Shown here piece after piece: positions 47,665 through 57,321 of a stretch of 64,000 bases of DNA. Source of the DNA: an uncultured Pseudomonadota bacterium (GTDB lineage: Bacteria > Vulcanimicrobiota > Vulcanimicrobiia > Eremiobacterales > Eremiobacteraceae). Under the pieces are notes generated by a model, which was not told the origin of the DNA, did not search any database, and saw only the letters and a program-made list of their open reading frames with translations. The stretch spans positions 352,001 through 416,000 of the forward strand of contig CAVTNB010000001.1 of the NCBI GenBank assembly GCA_963736005.1. Reading direction: 5' to 3'. Position 1 is the stretch's first letter. Each line of letters opens with the position of its first letter. Both the position numbers and the translations under genes were made by a program.

Positions 47665-48708
47665 TCAGATGTTGCCGCTCGCGGCGCAACTCGAGCGAGC
47701 CGTGTCGAAGATAGTCGCGATGCCGCAGGCGGACGTGAACATCTTTCTATTGTCGTGTCCGACGCCACGCACAAAGGCAAAGTCTTGGGTGCTCCCTTGG
47801 GGATGACGCGACTCGATATATCGAATGTATGCTTTCCCCCGCGCCAAGCGGTATGGCCCCTGGGCTTCCCCGCCACAGGTCGTATCCAGATCCCACTCTC
47901 GGGGATTGGTGTCCGCAGTACCCAGTAAGTACGTGACGTGTCTTGCCACATACCGGTGTTCAAGTTGCGCCGGCGTTCCCCGGACGTACGATGGCGATCC
48001 GATGAATCCGTACCTCCATCGATCGAAGCTCGCGCAGTTTGGATGTCGCTCTGGGCGAAAGTCGTCGAAATAAAGATACGACGAAGGATTGGCGACCACG
48101 AGATGCACGGCCACGCGTGAAGGGGATGCGAGGCTTGGACCCCATCCAACGACCGCATAGCGTTGAACGATCTGACCACCTGCCGAGTGTCCAATGATGA
48201 CGATGCTACGCAGATGCGGAAAGCGCGTGCGATCTGCAAGTTGCAGCAGCATTGCATCAAAGACGGAGTAGGTACTTATCGGCGCAGGAGCAATTGCAGC
48301 AGATCCGCCGGGCCACTCATCATCCCAGCGCAACGTGTTTTGCGGAACTGTGTGGCCTTTGAGATCGCCAGCTTCAACAAACTGCGGCGCGATGAGGAGG
48401 GTCTTCTCAGCGTGCGCGCGTGCCAGTACGAGCTGCCCGGTTTCATAATAGTAGTCGGCATTGCGGAGGACACCATGGACGATGATGATCGCACGTGTGA
48501 TCTCTCGATCGCCGTCAAGCGAACCATTTCCGAAGTAGAGCGCGATGCCGTCGCCCTGCGACGTTCGCACGAGAAACTGCCGATTCGCAAGCTGCCCCGA
48601 GCCCAAGTTTGGAGGCGTGGTCGAGCCTGGCGCCGGGGTGGTTGCCGCGACGTGCTGAGGCACAAGGGCGGCCATGGCTATCACGACCGCTACCATCTTT
48701 TGTATCAT
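47665..48708 (-). CDS. Secreted alpha/beta hydrolase
   Basis: Signal peptide, IIVHG, IAPQF, GHSAGGQ nucleophile elbow, VANPSSYLY and GVGHD. Confidence 0.88.
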   Translation of the reverse strand: MIQKMVAVVIAMAALVPQHVAATTPAPGSTTPPNLGSGQLANRQFLVRTSQGDGIALYFGNGSLDGDREITRAIIIVHGVLRNADYYYETGQLVLARAHAEKTLLIAPQFVEAGDLKGHTVPQNTLRWDDEWPGGSAAIAPAPISTYSVFDAMLLQLADRTRFPHLRSIVIIGHSAGGQIVQRYAVVGWGPSLASPSRVAVHLVVANPSSYLYFDDFRPERHPNCASFDRWRYGFIGSPSYVRGTPAQLEHRYVARHVTYLLGTADTNPREWDLDTTCGGEAQGPYRLARGKAYIRYIESRHPQGSTQDFAFVRGVGHDNRKMFTSACGIATIFDTARSSCAASGNI

Positions 48709-48883
48709 GCGAATCCGAATCTCCGTAACAGAAGTAAACCCGAAAATGAACTTTTGCCATGCTCGGCGCGCAGCCTCCAAGTCGAAAACTTGGCCCGATG
48801 GGCTGTTATCATCTCAAATGAACTGCCGCAAGAGGCGGAGTTCCATCGGCTCTTGGCGAAGAGAGTCCATTCTGGAAGCGGGG

Positions 48884-49207
48884 GTGTCTGTGCAACGCGA
48901 AGAGTATATCGACAGTTTTTTCAAAAGCATCAAATCGCAACTGAATGACGCGATGGTTGAAAAGGGCGGCCTGAGCATTCATTATAAAGATCATGTTGTC
49001 GCCGCCACATGGTCGAACGAGCTTTGGGACATTCAACTCAACGAAGGTAACGGAGAGCCAATCCAACGGCGCTACGATCCTACGAACGCTCGCTCATCGC
49101 AAGATGCAGCGAACTATTTTGTTGACGCCCTGCGCCGAACGACTGGGGAGGAACCATTTTTTCGGCCGCCCGTGGCACGCAATGGTCGTCGCTCGCCCAG
49201 CAAGTAG
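48884..49207 (+). CDS. Hypothetical protein
   Basis: Protein-like 107-aa stretch filling the gap between genes; start uncertain. Confidence 0.5.
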   Translation: MSVQREEYIDSFFKSIKSQLNDAMVEKGGLSIHYKDHVVAATWSNELWDIQLNEGNGEPIQRRYDPTNARSSQDAANYFVDALRRTTGEEPFFRPPVARNGRRSPSK

Positions 49208-49221
49208 CGTTGCACTCAAGC

Positions 49222-49752
49222 CTAAGCAACCGGTGACGCGCGCCCCTTCCTGAACCAAAGTCCCACGAGGATGGCGGGCAGCGCCCCGATGAGCCAACCG
49301 CCCCCGATGTCCGAAGGCCAGTGAAGCAGACAGTAGACGCGCGCAATTCCAATAGCGATTGCCGCCATCGTCGAGATCAGCGCCATAGGGAAGTCTACAA
49401 ACCACAACGTCGCCGCTAGGTACGCTGCAACCGCGCTATGATCGGATGGAAAGCTGTTGTCTGGCGGATGTGGCAGGAGCGGCTGCATCCCGAGCACGAC
49501 GAACGGTCGCGAGTGAACGATGAGGTGACCTCCCACGAGGTCAAGTGCTATCGCGATCGCGCCACCGACCGCCGCCCACGGCAAGAACGTGTACGCGTGA
49601 CGGCGAGTTACACTGGCTACAAACGCAGCGCCGCTCAGGAATAAGCCATATCCCGCGACCCACACCATCACACCGTTTAACCACCCATTGCTCCACAATG
49701 AGTGGAAGAACAACACAAGGTTCATCGAGTCCCTCGGAAATAGATGCGACAC
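49222..49752 (-). CDS. PAP2-family phosphatase (undecaprenyl-diphosphatase BcrC-like)
   Basis: SRPF, SFPSDH and ARVYCLLHWPSD motifs. Confidence 0.9.
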   Translation of the reverse strand: MSHLFPRDSMNLVLFFHSLWSNGWLNGVMVWVAGYGLFLSGAAFVASVTRRHAYTFLPWAAVGGAIAIALDLVGGHLIVHSRPFVVLGMQPLLPHPPDNSFPSDHSAVAAYLAATLWFVDFPMALISTMAAIAIGIARVYCLLHWPSDIGGGWLIGALPAILVGLWFRKGRASPVA

Positions 49753-49902
49753 TCACCACGCGAGCGTGAGTGTCGCATGGAAGCGCTGCACATCCCGCTC
49801 CGGCAAGTCCTTTGAGTTGTTGTTGCTTCCAGGCGCAGTGTGACGGCGCTCAAGACCGTGCACTCCAAAGGTCTGGAGGATCGAAGATCCCCTTAGCCAG
49901 GT

Positions 49903-50751
49903 CTATGCGTCGGAATGTGGCGTTGCGACGCGGCGCTCAAGCATACCAGATGACGGCAACTTCACGTTTCGCACCAAGTGCAGCGCCCGAAGAATTCTGA
50001 TGTGCAACCAAGTTGGATCGAATTCAAACCAACGGAGTCCGTGGCGCGCAGAAAACGGAAATGCGTGGTGGTTATTGTGCCAACCCTCGCCCCAGGTGAG
50101 CAGCGCCACCCACCAACAGTTGGTGGACAGATCCTCGGTCTTGTAGGTCTTATAGCCAAACTTGTGAGAGGCGCTATTCACGAGCCAGGTGACATGATAG
50201 ACAAAGACAAGCCTGACAAAAACTCCCCAGACAAGCCACGACACCCCGCCGACGGCCAGTAGAATAAGTCCAAGCAAGACCTGCAACAAGGGGGCGCGGC
50301 TGTGCAGAAAGCGGTAAAAGGGCTGAGCCCACAGATCCGGCGCGTTGCGCTCCTGTTCCGGCTCACTGGGGCGCGCAGCGTTGGGCATATAGAGCCAATC
50401 GATGTGGGTCCACCACAAGCCGCGGTGTGCATCGTGTGGATCGCCCTCGTGGTCTGCGTGCGCATGATGCAAGCGGTGAGTTGCGACCCACGTGATGGGA
50501 TCGCCCTGCAAGGCGAGCGTGCCGCAAAGGGCTGTAAAATATTCAAGCGGCTTGCTCATGACGATGCTGCGGTGCGTCAAGGTGCGATGAAAACATAAGG
50601 CGATACCAAGAGCACCGGTCAGCCACCACAGGGCTATTGCAACAGCAACGCCACTCCAAGAAAAGAAAGCAGGAAAGAAAGCGCCGATTGCGCCGAGGTG
50701 AAAAAGCACCAAGGCGAAGTTGATTGAAAACCTGTACCCCTTCTTCTCCAT
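49903..50751 (-). CDS. Delta-9-type fatty acid desaturase
   Basis: His boxes HRTLTH, HRLHH and GEGWHNNHH. Confidence 0.95.
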   Translation of the reverse strand: MEKKGYRFSINFALVLFHLGAIGAFFPAFFSWSGVAVAIALWWLTGALGIALCFHRTLTHRSIVMSKPLEYFTALCGTLALQGDPITWVATHRLHHAHADHEGDPHDAHRGLWWTHIDWLYMPNAARPSEPEQERNAPDLWAQPFYRFLHSRAPLLQVLLGLILLAVGGVSWLVWGVFVRLVFVYHVTWLVNSASHKFGYKTYKTEDLSTNCWWVALLTWGEGWHNNHHAFPFSARHGLRWFEFDPTWLHIRILRALHLVRNVKLPSSGMLERRVATPHSDA

Positions 50752-50804
50752 CTCTTTATATATTCGGCATTCTTCTGGGTCCTTCCCACCCAAGCGGACG
50801 GGCA

Positions 50805-51512
50805 TCACGAGCAATTCGACGCATGTCCTTTCGGTGCGATGATGACTTGAAACCCGAGAGCAAAAAAGTATCCGGGATTTGGTTGCAGTTGTCGCCCGGC
50901 CCAGAATAAGAGCGCCCGCGAAGGTGCCAGTTGATCGATATATCCGAGCGCCACCCGCGGCGCGCTTGGGAGGATGGGGTTGCGTTGACTTTCATGATAA
51001 AACTCCAAGCCAAGACTCGATCCAGAGCGAAAGTTCCGCATTGCGGTTATGCCTGTGAATTCTGCACCATGAGAGACACCACCGCCGCCAAAGATTGTCC
51101 AATTCTTGATCGTCTTTTGTGCCCAAAAGGGTAGGAAGGTTTCCGTCTCCCCATTGCTCTTCACAGTCAGAGACGGGAGAAATCCCACCTCCGGAGTGTA
51201 TCGCGTTTCAGGGAGGAAGCGTATGGCGGTCGCCAAGCCTGTCTCCCCCGGCTGGCCGCCAACTGACACTTCCACATTCTTGGTTGGACCATAGTCGATT
51301 TCCCAAATTGGGCCAGTTGTTGCCGGTTCGCCCTGCCGAGCTTGCGCGAGATCGACTTCAACATGATGACACTCCACGGGCTCTGGGTCGTCCGTTTCAA
51401 AAGGAGGACCAGCCAAGGCTGGCTGTGCGAATGCGAGGACAAAAAGCCCACTGGCTGCGACGAGCGCAGCCAGCGGGGTGCGGTATTTGGGTGCGCATTG
51501 GTCTTCCGGCAC
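50805..51512 (-). CDS. Putative outer-membrane beta-barrel protein
   Basis: Signal peptide ending ALA, then GPPFETDDPEP and alternating beta-strand pattern (LPFWAQK...W..FGGGG). Confidence 0.7.
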   Translation of the reverse strand: MPEDQCAPKYRTPLAALVAASGLFVLAFAQPALAGPPFETDDPEPVECHHVEVDLAQARQGEPATTGPIWEIDYGPTKNVEVSVGGQPGETGLATAIRFLPETRYTPEVGFLPSLTVKSNGETETFLPFWAQKTIKNWTIFGGGGVSHGAEFTGITAMRNFRSGSSLGLEFYHESQRNPILPSAPRVALGYIDQLAPSRALLFWAGRQLQPNPGYFFALGFQVIIAPKGHASNCS

Positions 51513-51519
51513 GAATGAG

Positions 51520-52428
51520 TTACTGCGTGAGTTTCAATTCTTGGACAAAATCTCCATCGGGGGAAGCCCACACGATCCAAATGTGTCCGGTGTTGCGATC
51601 GATTGCGAGCGTGTGAACGCCCTCAGCAACGTCTCGATCGGCTACTTGGGTGAGTGTGCCTTGGTCGGACAACGAGAAGACGGCCACCTTTTTGCCGCCC
51701 GCGCAGGCGATGAGATGCGTTTCTGGATTGAGATCGCATTGATCCACGCCAGCCGGCATCGGTGTTGTTCCTAGCAGCTTACCATCACGCGTATACGCCG
51801 CCAACGTCGCGTTCTTTCCGCCGATCACAAGAATCTTGTACGTTGGATCGTATTGAAGCGGATGATTCTTTTGCAGAACTGGCGTTGGGAACGTACGAAT
51901 CACTTTCAGTTGCTGGGGGTCGATGACCGCAACCTCAGCGAGGTTGTCGATGTTTTGGTAGACGTAGTGCGTCTGCGGGTCGATAGCTAAATATTCCGGC
52001 TTGTGCCCCGGGAGATTGATGGCCGCAACCTGTTTCATCGTCTTTGTGTCGACGACGAACATGTGCGTGCCATCGTCCTCGTCGGCATAGACATAATGTA
52101 GCACTGGGTCGTAGGCGGTGGCGTCCACCTTACCATCCACGTCAGCCGAGTTAACAACTTGTCCGCTCACCGGATCGACATCCGACACGGTGCGGTTCTC
52201 TCCGTCGCCCGTGTAAACGTGGCCAGTCGCGGGATCCACTGCAACGCCGTGGAGCGGTCCGACGTCGACTTGATTGAGGATAGCGCCCGAATCGGAGTTC
52301 ACGACAAGGAGCGTTCCGCTGCCGGTATGTGCGGCATACACTCGATGTCGAGCGGCGTCAGTCGTGACATAATCGAACCCGCTGTGTATTTGAACGTGCG
52401 CCGGCGGCGCGACGGGAACAAGGTACAT
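51520..52428 (-). CDS. YncE/YVTN-like beta-propeller protein
   Basis: Repeated blades (GFDYV, HGVAVDP, EYLAIDP, HTLAID); AAGGAG RBS; no signal peptide. Confidence 0.85.
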   Translation of the reverse strand: MYLVPVAPPAHVQIHSGFDYVTTDAARHRVYAAHTGSGTLLVVNSDSGAILNQVDVGPLHGVAVDPATGHVYTGDGENRTVSDVDPVSGQVVNSADVDGKVDATAYDPVLHYVYADEDDGTHMFVVDTKTMKQVAAINLPGHKPEYLAIDPQTHYVYQNIDNLAEVAVIDPQQLKVIRTFPTPVLQKNHPLQYDPTYKILVIGGKNATLAAYTRDGKLLGTTPMPAGVDQCDLNPETHLIACAGGKKVAVFSLSDQGTLTQVADRDVAEGVHTLAIDRNTGHIWIVWASPDGDFVQELKLTQ

Positions 52429-52452
52429 GTGAAGTTTCTCCTTTTCGGTCTG

Positions 52453-52477
52453 GGCGGATCTAAAGGTCCGCCGCTAC
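52453..52477 (-). repeat. REP-like palindrome, family B, copy 4
   Basis: Minus strand reads GTAGCGGCGGACCTTTAGATCCGCC. Confidence 0.65.
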
Positions 52478-52491
52478 ATTTGGCCTGCAGG

Positions 52492-54903
52492 CTACCTATC
52501 ATCCGAATCGGCAGTGAGGATCTGACCGTCGCCAAGCATGCGAAGATACGTCAAATGTGCTGCGAGGGATGTTTGACCGTTGATCGCGGCCCACTCTTCA
52601 TTGGGAAAAGCAACCGAGTCCGGCCCGTCGAGCATAATAAAGGCGGCTTTCGGCTTTCCTGGGTTTCTCGTCATCGGAATATTCGACGGGATGACATTGT
52701 ACGCTGAGGCGCTGGGCTGCGTCGCGAGCGCGTCCAGGAGCGGTGTTGACATCGCATCTTCGATATTGAGCGGACTGAGTCCAAAGAGGACTTCAACAGT
52801 ACGAAGCACCGAAGGGATGCTATAGAGCGTATGGTCAACGTAGCCACGCCGCACGTAGGGCCCGACTAAGATCGCGGGCATCCGGCGCGCATTGAGGTGG
52901 TCGCCCGTACCTTGCGGGTCGTCGGTCGTCACGAACACCACGGTGCTCGACCAATCCGGCCTCTTCGAGAGTCCGGCTATGATTTGGCCAAGGGCGACGT
53001 CGTTGCTGGATACGTATGACCCCATCGTATAGAAACCGGGATCCGTTCCCGAGGTATGGTCCGTTGGGAGCGTAAGATATGAGTACTGCGCGAGCCCATG
53101 GGCCTTGACATCTTCGAGGAAGAGCCGCGCTCGCACGGTGTCAAGGATGTTGAAATCGATGTGGGCGCCCGGATAGGCGCGATCGGCATGAGCGGCCAGG
53201 CCGGGTGCTATTCTCCCGTCCGGCAACATTCTCATCTGCTCACCATAAACGCGGAATGAAACCCCTTTGAGACGCAGCGCGTCGATCAACTGGCCTCGAG
53301 GGCCGAAAACACCGCTGACGTTGACTCTTGGTTGTCTTGGTAAGAGCGACAAATTCTGGAACCAGTCGAAGTTCATGACGCTGACCGGTATGGTATCCTC
53401 GCCATACATGAACACTGGCCAGATAGAGCCGGCAACGCGGGGATCTGCTTTCGTTGCTAGATCGTCCGGCGTATGAACGTTGCGCTCAAGGTAGTCATTC
53501 GCTATGCCTTGGGTCGTCCATGAATGGCCGAAATCGCTCCTATCCCCGTTGCCCATAAAGTTGTCAAAAAGCGTGTAGGTCTCCGCGAGGGAATGAATGT
53601 TTGGCGTATACTTGCGGCCGAAAAGCAACAATGTTGCGTCCGCGTCTGCGCCGATAGCAGACTCGTCTCCGAAGATTTCGTCAAATTGCTTATTCTCTTG
53701 GACGATAAAGACGAAGTGTTTAATCGGAGGCAAACTGGAAGCCGGCGGTGGCGCGGCAACGTCGAAGTGATCGTTCCGCGCGACCGTGGCAGACCACTCG
53801 GCGAAGCGCTGCGGCTCGACGACCAGGTGCTGGATCAACCCAGTGTCGACGCCATTGTGCTCGGAGCCCGGATCGGGCTGCGGACCCAGGCCTTCGCTGC
53901 TCAAAATGAAGAGTTGCGGCTTTATCCGAGGATCATCATCGATGGTTGAACTCGCTGCGAAAATAACTCCCATCGGATACCACGCGGTGGGAATACGCCC
54001 GAGCACCTGACCGCTGTTTAGGTCAACGACGGCGACGTCGTTAAAGCCAGACTCCGCGACAAAGAGACGCTTGCCGTCGTTTGAGATTGCCATGCCAGAC
54101 GGCGTTTGACCCGGGGGCGGATTAAACGTCACCCCCAAATCATAATGTTTGGTCACAGCCCAAGAGTGCAAGTCAATCGAGCACACATCATGACCATCAG
54201 CGTTTGCGACGAATGCACGAGCGCCGGATATCAACAGCTCGGTGGGATGTGGTCCTGTTGGGATGTGTCGTGCGATTTTTGTTCCGTTCGGCCACGCGTC
54301 GACGTGATCCGAATTATACAAAGTGGCTAAGACGCTACTTCCCGCAAAACCTACTCGAAACGGTTGGCCGCTTGCGGCAAGACGCGTTCGGATAGCTCCA
54401 GTCCGATCATCGATGACGTCGACTTCATTACTGGCAGTCCTTGCAACGATAAGGCGATGCGACGCAGGGTCATGCGCGATGCCGTTGATGAGTCCCCCAA
54501 CATGCAGATCCGAGAGAGCAGTGAACTCGGGGTTGCCGGCAGCATCCGTTTTATAGGTGAATCTGGAGATGGACCCGCTGTAGCCGCGCGCGACGTACAA
54601 AGCGTCCTGCGTCCACGTCATAGTCGTTGCGAACGGCGCGACGAGACGGGCCACCTCCTGCGTGTGTTCGCCGATGACAATGACGTCGATGGCGCCCCCA
54701 TCCTGTGAAAGGACGGCAAGAAGCGTACCATCTGGTGACAATGCTTCAGAGGTTGCAAAACCTTCAACGGGGGTCGTGAAACCAACGGGGGTGACAGATC
54801 GGCCGTCGGGGAGCGTCGCTGCTCTTGCGCCGGAAACAGCGAGCACTAATGCTGCCCCGCAGAGTACGCTCGCTCTTGCAAGCGCGACAAGCTTCACCTT
54901 CAT
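52492..54903 (-). CDS. YncE-like beta-propeller fused to a phosphoesterase/alkaline-phosphatase-superfamily domain
   Basis: Signal peptide, LPDGRSVTP, IPTAWYP, IKHFVFIVQENKQFD, LPTDHTSG, NDVALG and DDPQGTGDH motifs. Confidence 0.88.
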   Translation of the reverse strand: MKVKLVALARASVLCGAALVLAVSGARAATLPDGRSVTPVGFTTPVEGFATSEALSPDGTLLAVLSQDGGAIDVIVIGEHTQEVARLVAPFATTMTWTQDALYVARGYSGSISRFTYKTDAAGNPEFTALSDLHVGGLINGIAHDPASHRLIVARTASNEVDVIDDRTGAIRTRLAASGQPFRVGFAGSSVLATLYNSDHVDAWPNGTKIARHIPTGPHPTELLISGARAFVANADGHDVCSIDLHSWAVTKHYDLGVTFNPPPGQTPSGMAISNDGKRLFVAESGFNDVAVVDLNSGQVLGRIPTAWYPMGVIFAASSTIDDDPRIKPQLFILSSEGLGPQPDPGSEHNGVDTGLIQHLVVEPQRFAEWSATVARNDHFDVAAPPPASSLPPIKHFVFIVQENKQFDEIFGDESAIGADADATLLLFGRKYTPNIHSLAETYTLFDNFMGNGDRSDFGHSWTTQGIANDYLERNVHTPDDLATKADPRVAGSIWPVFMYGEDTIPVSVMNFDWFQNLSLLPRQPRVNVSGVFGPRGQLIDALRLKGVSFRVYGEQMRMLPDGRIAPGLAAHADRAYPGAHIDFNILDTVRARLFLEDVKAHGLAQYSYLTLPTDHTSGTDPGFYTMGSYVSSNDVALGQIIAGLSKRPDWSSTVVFVTTDDPQGTGDHLNARRMPAILVGPYVRRGYVDHTLYSIPSVLRTVEVLFGLSPLNIEDAMSTPLLDALATQPSASAYNVIPSNIPMTRNPGKPKAAFIMLDGPDSVAFPNEEWAAINGQTSLAAHLTYLRMLGDGQILTADSDDR

Positions 54904-54956
54904 ATCTTGGCCTTTCGCTTCAACTTGAAGCCCGGAAAACACCCTACTAACTTTCA

Positions 54957-54989
54957 AGTCTAGGTCCTAATCATTACAGCAAGATGAAC
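54957..54989 (-). promoter_or_regulatory. OmpR/PhoB-type box promoter 1
   Basis: GTTCATCTTGCTGTAAT-N10-TAGACT. Confidence 0.8.
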
Positions 54990-55016
54990 GTCCTATTTGC
55001 CGTGCGCGCAATAACC

Positions 55017-56249
55017 TTAACGCGCCGGCAAGGAAATCAATACCTGCGCGCCTCCCTCAGAGGTGTTCGTGATTGTCAGTTTGCCGCCATTTGCGCGTGC
55101 AATAGAATCGGCAATCGCTAGCCCGAGTCCGGTGGCCTCACCAGTCCGAACGGGATCATCGCACCAAAACCATTCCAAGCCGTGAACGATGGCCTCAGGC
55201 GAAAAGCCTGGGCCGCCGTCGCGAACGCACACTTCCGCATTCCTGCCTTGGTGGGCGGTCCATATGCTGATGTGTCCTCCAACCGGGGTGTACTTGATTG
55301 CGTTGTGGACAACCGCGGTGACGGCACGCTCTAGCGCATCGGGGTCGCCGAGCACGTTACACGACTCGCCCTCAAGGACGATCACGGAGATGTCCTTTGC
55401 GGCCGCAGCGGGTTTGAACCGTTCGCACACGCGCTGCGCGAGAGCGAAAAGATCGATAAAGGCCGGGGAGCCGGCGCCATCTTGGGTGCGCGCAGCCGAG
55501 AGCAGCGTACCGACCAAGGTTTCCATCCGGTCGGCCTCGCTTGCGATCGTGGTTATCGCAGCTTGGTAGGCGGCCGGGTCGCGCGGCCTGCGAAGCGCAA
55601 GATCGGCTTCCGCCCGAATGACGGAGAGCGGCGCCCGAAGTTCGTGCGAAGCGTCTGCCGTAAAACGCCGTTGTCGCCTGAGGGCATCTTCAAGCGCTCG
55701 CCGAGTCACAGCGGTCCCCGCAACGTACGCTACCCCCGCGAGCAGCAACGCCGACAGAGCGAAGGCGGCCGCTACCCGGCGGTCGGTCTCTTGGATCCAG
55801 TTCGCGGCGGTCCAAGCGACAACCGCACCGACGCGCGTTTTTTGCGCCTCAATGGGCAAGACGAGCGCCCGGATGTTCTCGTTTCGCTGAGATATGTCCG
55901 AGAAACCAGCTGCCTGCGCGAGACCTATGAGGCTCTTGGATGGCCTTGCCGCGCTTGAGAACACCACCTGATTGTCATCGTGGATAATGACAATCTCGGT
56001 CTGTGATCCGAGCAGTGCAAATATCTGCCCGCGATCGTGTTCGTCAATGGAAACGCCGCCGTCGCTCACGTCGACAAAGTTCAGCGTGGCCTGAGCCGTC
56101 GTGCGTAAGCGAGCATCAAGCGACGCGTGAAGGTCGCGGTCGATGACGAAGACCGCCGCCGCTCCGAACGCGGCCAGAGCCAGCACGAGCACGACGACGT
56201 ACCAGGTGACGAGCCGGCCTCGCAGCGATGACAGCCAGGAGATGCTCAT
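55017..56249 (-). CDS. Sensor histidine kinase
   Basis: Two TM segments, FTADASHELRAPL, NAIKY, DGGPGF and GLGLAI motifs. Confidence 0.93.
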   Translation of the reverse strand: MSISWLSSLRGRLVTWYVVVLVLALAAFGAAAVFVIDRDLHASLDARLRTTAQATLNFVDVSDGGVSIDEHDRGQIFALLGSQTEIVIIHDDNQVVFSSAARPSKSLIGLAQAAGFSDISQRNENIRALVLPIEAQKTRVGAVVAWTAANWIQETDRRVAAAFALSALLLAGVAYVAGTAVTRRALEDALRRQRRFTADASHELRAPLSVIRAEADLALRRPRDPAAYQAAITTIASEADRMETLVGTLLSAARTQDGAGSPAFIDLFALAQRVCERFKPAAAAKDISVIVLEGESCNVLGDPDALERAVTAVVHNAIKYTPVGGHISIWTAHQGRNAEVCVRDGGPGFSPEAIVHGLEWFWCDDPVRTGEATGLGLAIADSIARANGGKLTITNTSEGGAQVLISLPAR

Positions 56250-56929
56250 TCGGCGGCCAGGCGGTAGCCCGTGCCGCGCACGGTGTGGAGCAATTGCTTC
56301 TCGCCATTTGCGGCGATCTTGGAGCGCAAGCGGCTCACATAGACATCCACGACATTTGAAACAACGTCGCTTTCGCGGTCGAACATAGCGTCTTCGAGCA
56401 TGCGCCGCGTCACGACACGATTGGCGTTGCGCATGAAATATTCGAGGAACGCCATTTCACGCCGGGTGAGCGCAATGTCGCGCTCGCGGCGGCGAGCTCG
56501 CCTGTTCGCGCGATCGAAGATAAGATCGGCGACTCGCAGCTCGTTGGTTCCCAAGTCCGCACCTTTGCGCCGCGTGATCGCGCGCAGGCGCGCTTCGAGT
56601 TCCGCGAAGACAAAGGGCTTTTTGAGATAGTCATCCGCGCCCGCGTCAAGACCTTCGATGACATCGGCAACAGTGTCTCTCGACGTCAGGATCAAGGCTG
56701 GCGTCTGCCGGCCAGCTTTCCGCAGCGAGCGGATGACGCTGAGACCATCGCGCACCGGCAAATTGATGTCCATGACCAGGGCGTCGTACGAGCCGCCAGC
56801 GGCACAGCGCTCTCCTTCTTCACCACTATGAGCGAGATCGACCACATGTCCTTGCTCGGCCAACCCGCGCCGCAAGACATCGCACAGCCGCAAATCATCT
56901 TCAACGATCAACAAGCGCACGTTTGCCAA
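56246..56929 (-). CDS. OmpR-family response regulator
   Basis: LLIVEDD, MDINLP, KPF, SNVVDVYVSRLRSK and TVRGTGY motifs. Confidence 0.95.
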   Translation of the reverse strand: MANVRLLIVEDDLRLCDVLRRGLAEQGHVVDLAHSGEEGERCAAGGSYDALVMDINLPVRDGLSVIRSLRKAGRQTPALILTSRDTVADVIEGLDAGADDYLKKPFVFAELEARLRAITRRKGADLGTNELRVADLIFDRANRRARRRERDIALTRREMAFLEYFMRNANRVVTRRMLEDAMFDRESDVVSNVVDVYVSRLRSKIAANGEKQLLHTVRGTGYRLAAE

Positions 56930-56936
56930 CAGCTAA

Positions 56937-56969
56937 AGTCTAACACCGCATAATTACAGCAATATGAAC
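56937..56969 (-). promoter_or_regulatory. OmpR/PhoB-type box promoter 2 (upstream of the regulator itself)
   Basis: GTTCATATTGCTGTAAT-N10-TAGACT, ending 7 nt before the TTG start. Confidence 0.8.
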
Positions 56970-56977
56970 TGCCGCGG

Positions 56978-57180
56978 TTATGGAATGAATTGACGCGGTA
57001 GCGGCAGGTATCCAGCGGGCGGCGAACCCAACGCGCCGGGCACGGCAACGGGGTGAATGCCGAGCGTCGCGCAGCTCAACGGAGCCGGAATTTTGCCCAC
57101 CACGTCATCCGGAATTTCCGCCGCGGCGGCGGGAATGAGAGGCACCTCTCCACGCAAGCGGCGCGGATCGAACGCTCCGC
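56978..57180 (-). pseudogene. 3' remnant of a second phosphoesterase gene
   Basis: 203 nt colinear with 58344-58546, 18 mismatches by manual alignment. Confidence 0.85.
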
Positions 57181-57182
57181 GC

Positions 57183-57251
57183 TAACCCACGCCGCAAGAC
57201 GTCGCACAGGCGGACAGATCATCTTCAACGATCAGCAACCGCACGAGCCAT
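57183..57251 (-). pseudogene. 5' remnant of a second response-regulator gene
   Basis: Encodes VRLLIVEDD | RLCDVLRRGL; similar to 56862-56920. Confidence 0.75.
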
Positions 57252-57321
57252 GGCTTGTTCGCGATAATGGAGGCACCCTTTTGGGTGGAGTCTTGACGGC
57301 GCATTCGGTGTCATCTACGGC

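Noticed and set aside
46916..47689. 257-aa minus-strand ORF as a real gene
   Set aside because: It is mostly antisense to the GNAT gene; only a short stretch near its start is protein-like and belongs to the GNAT fragment.
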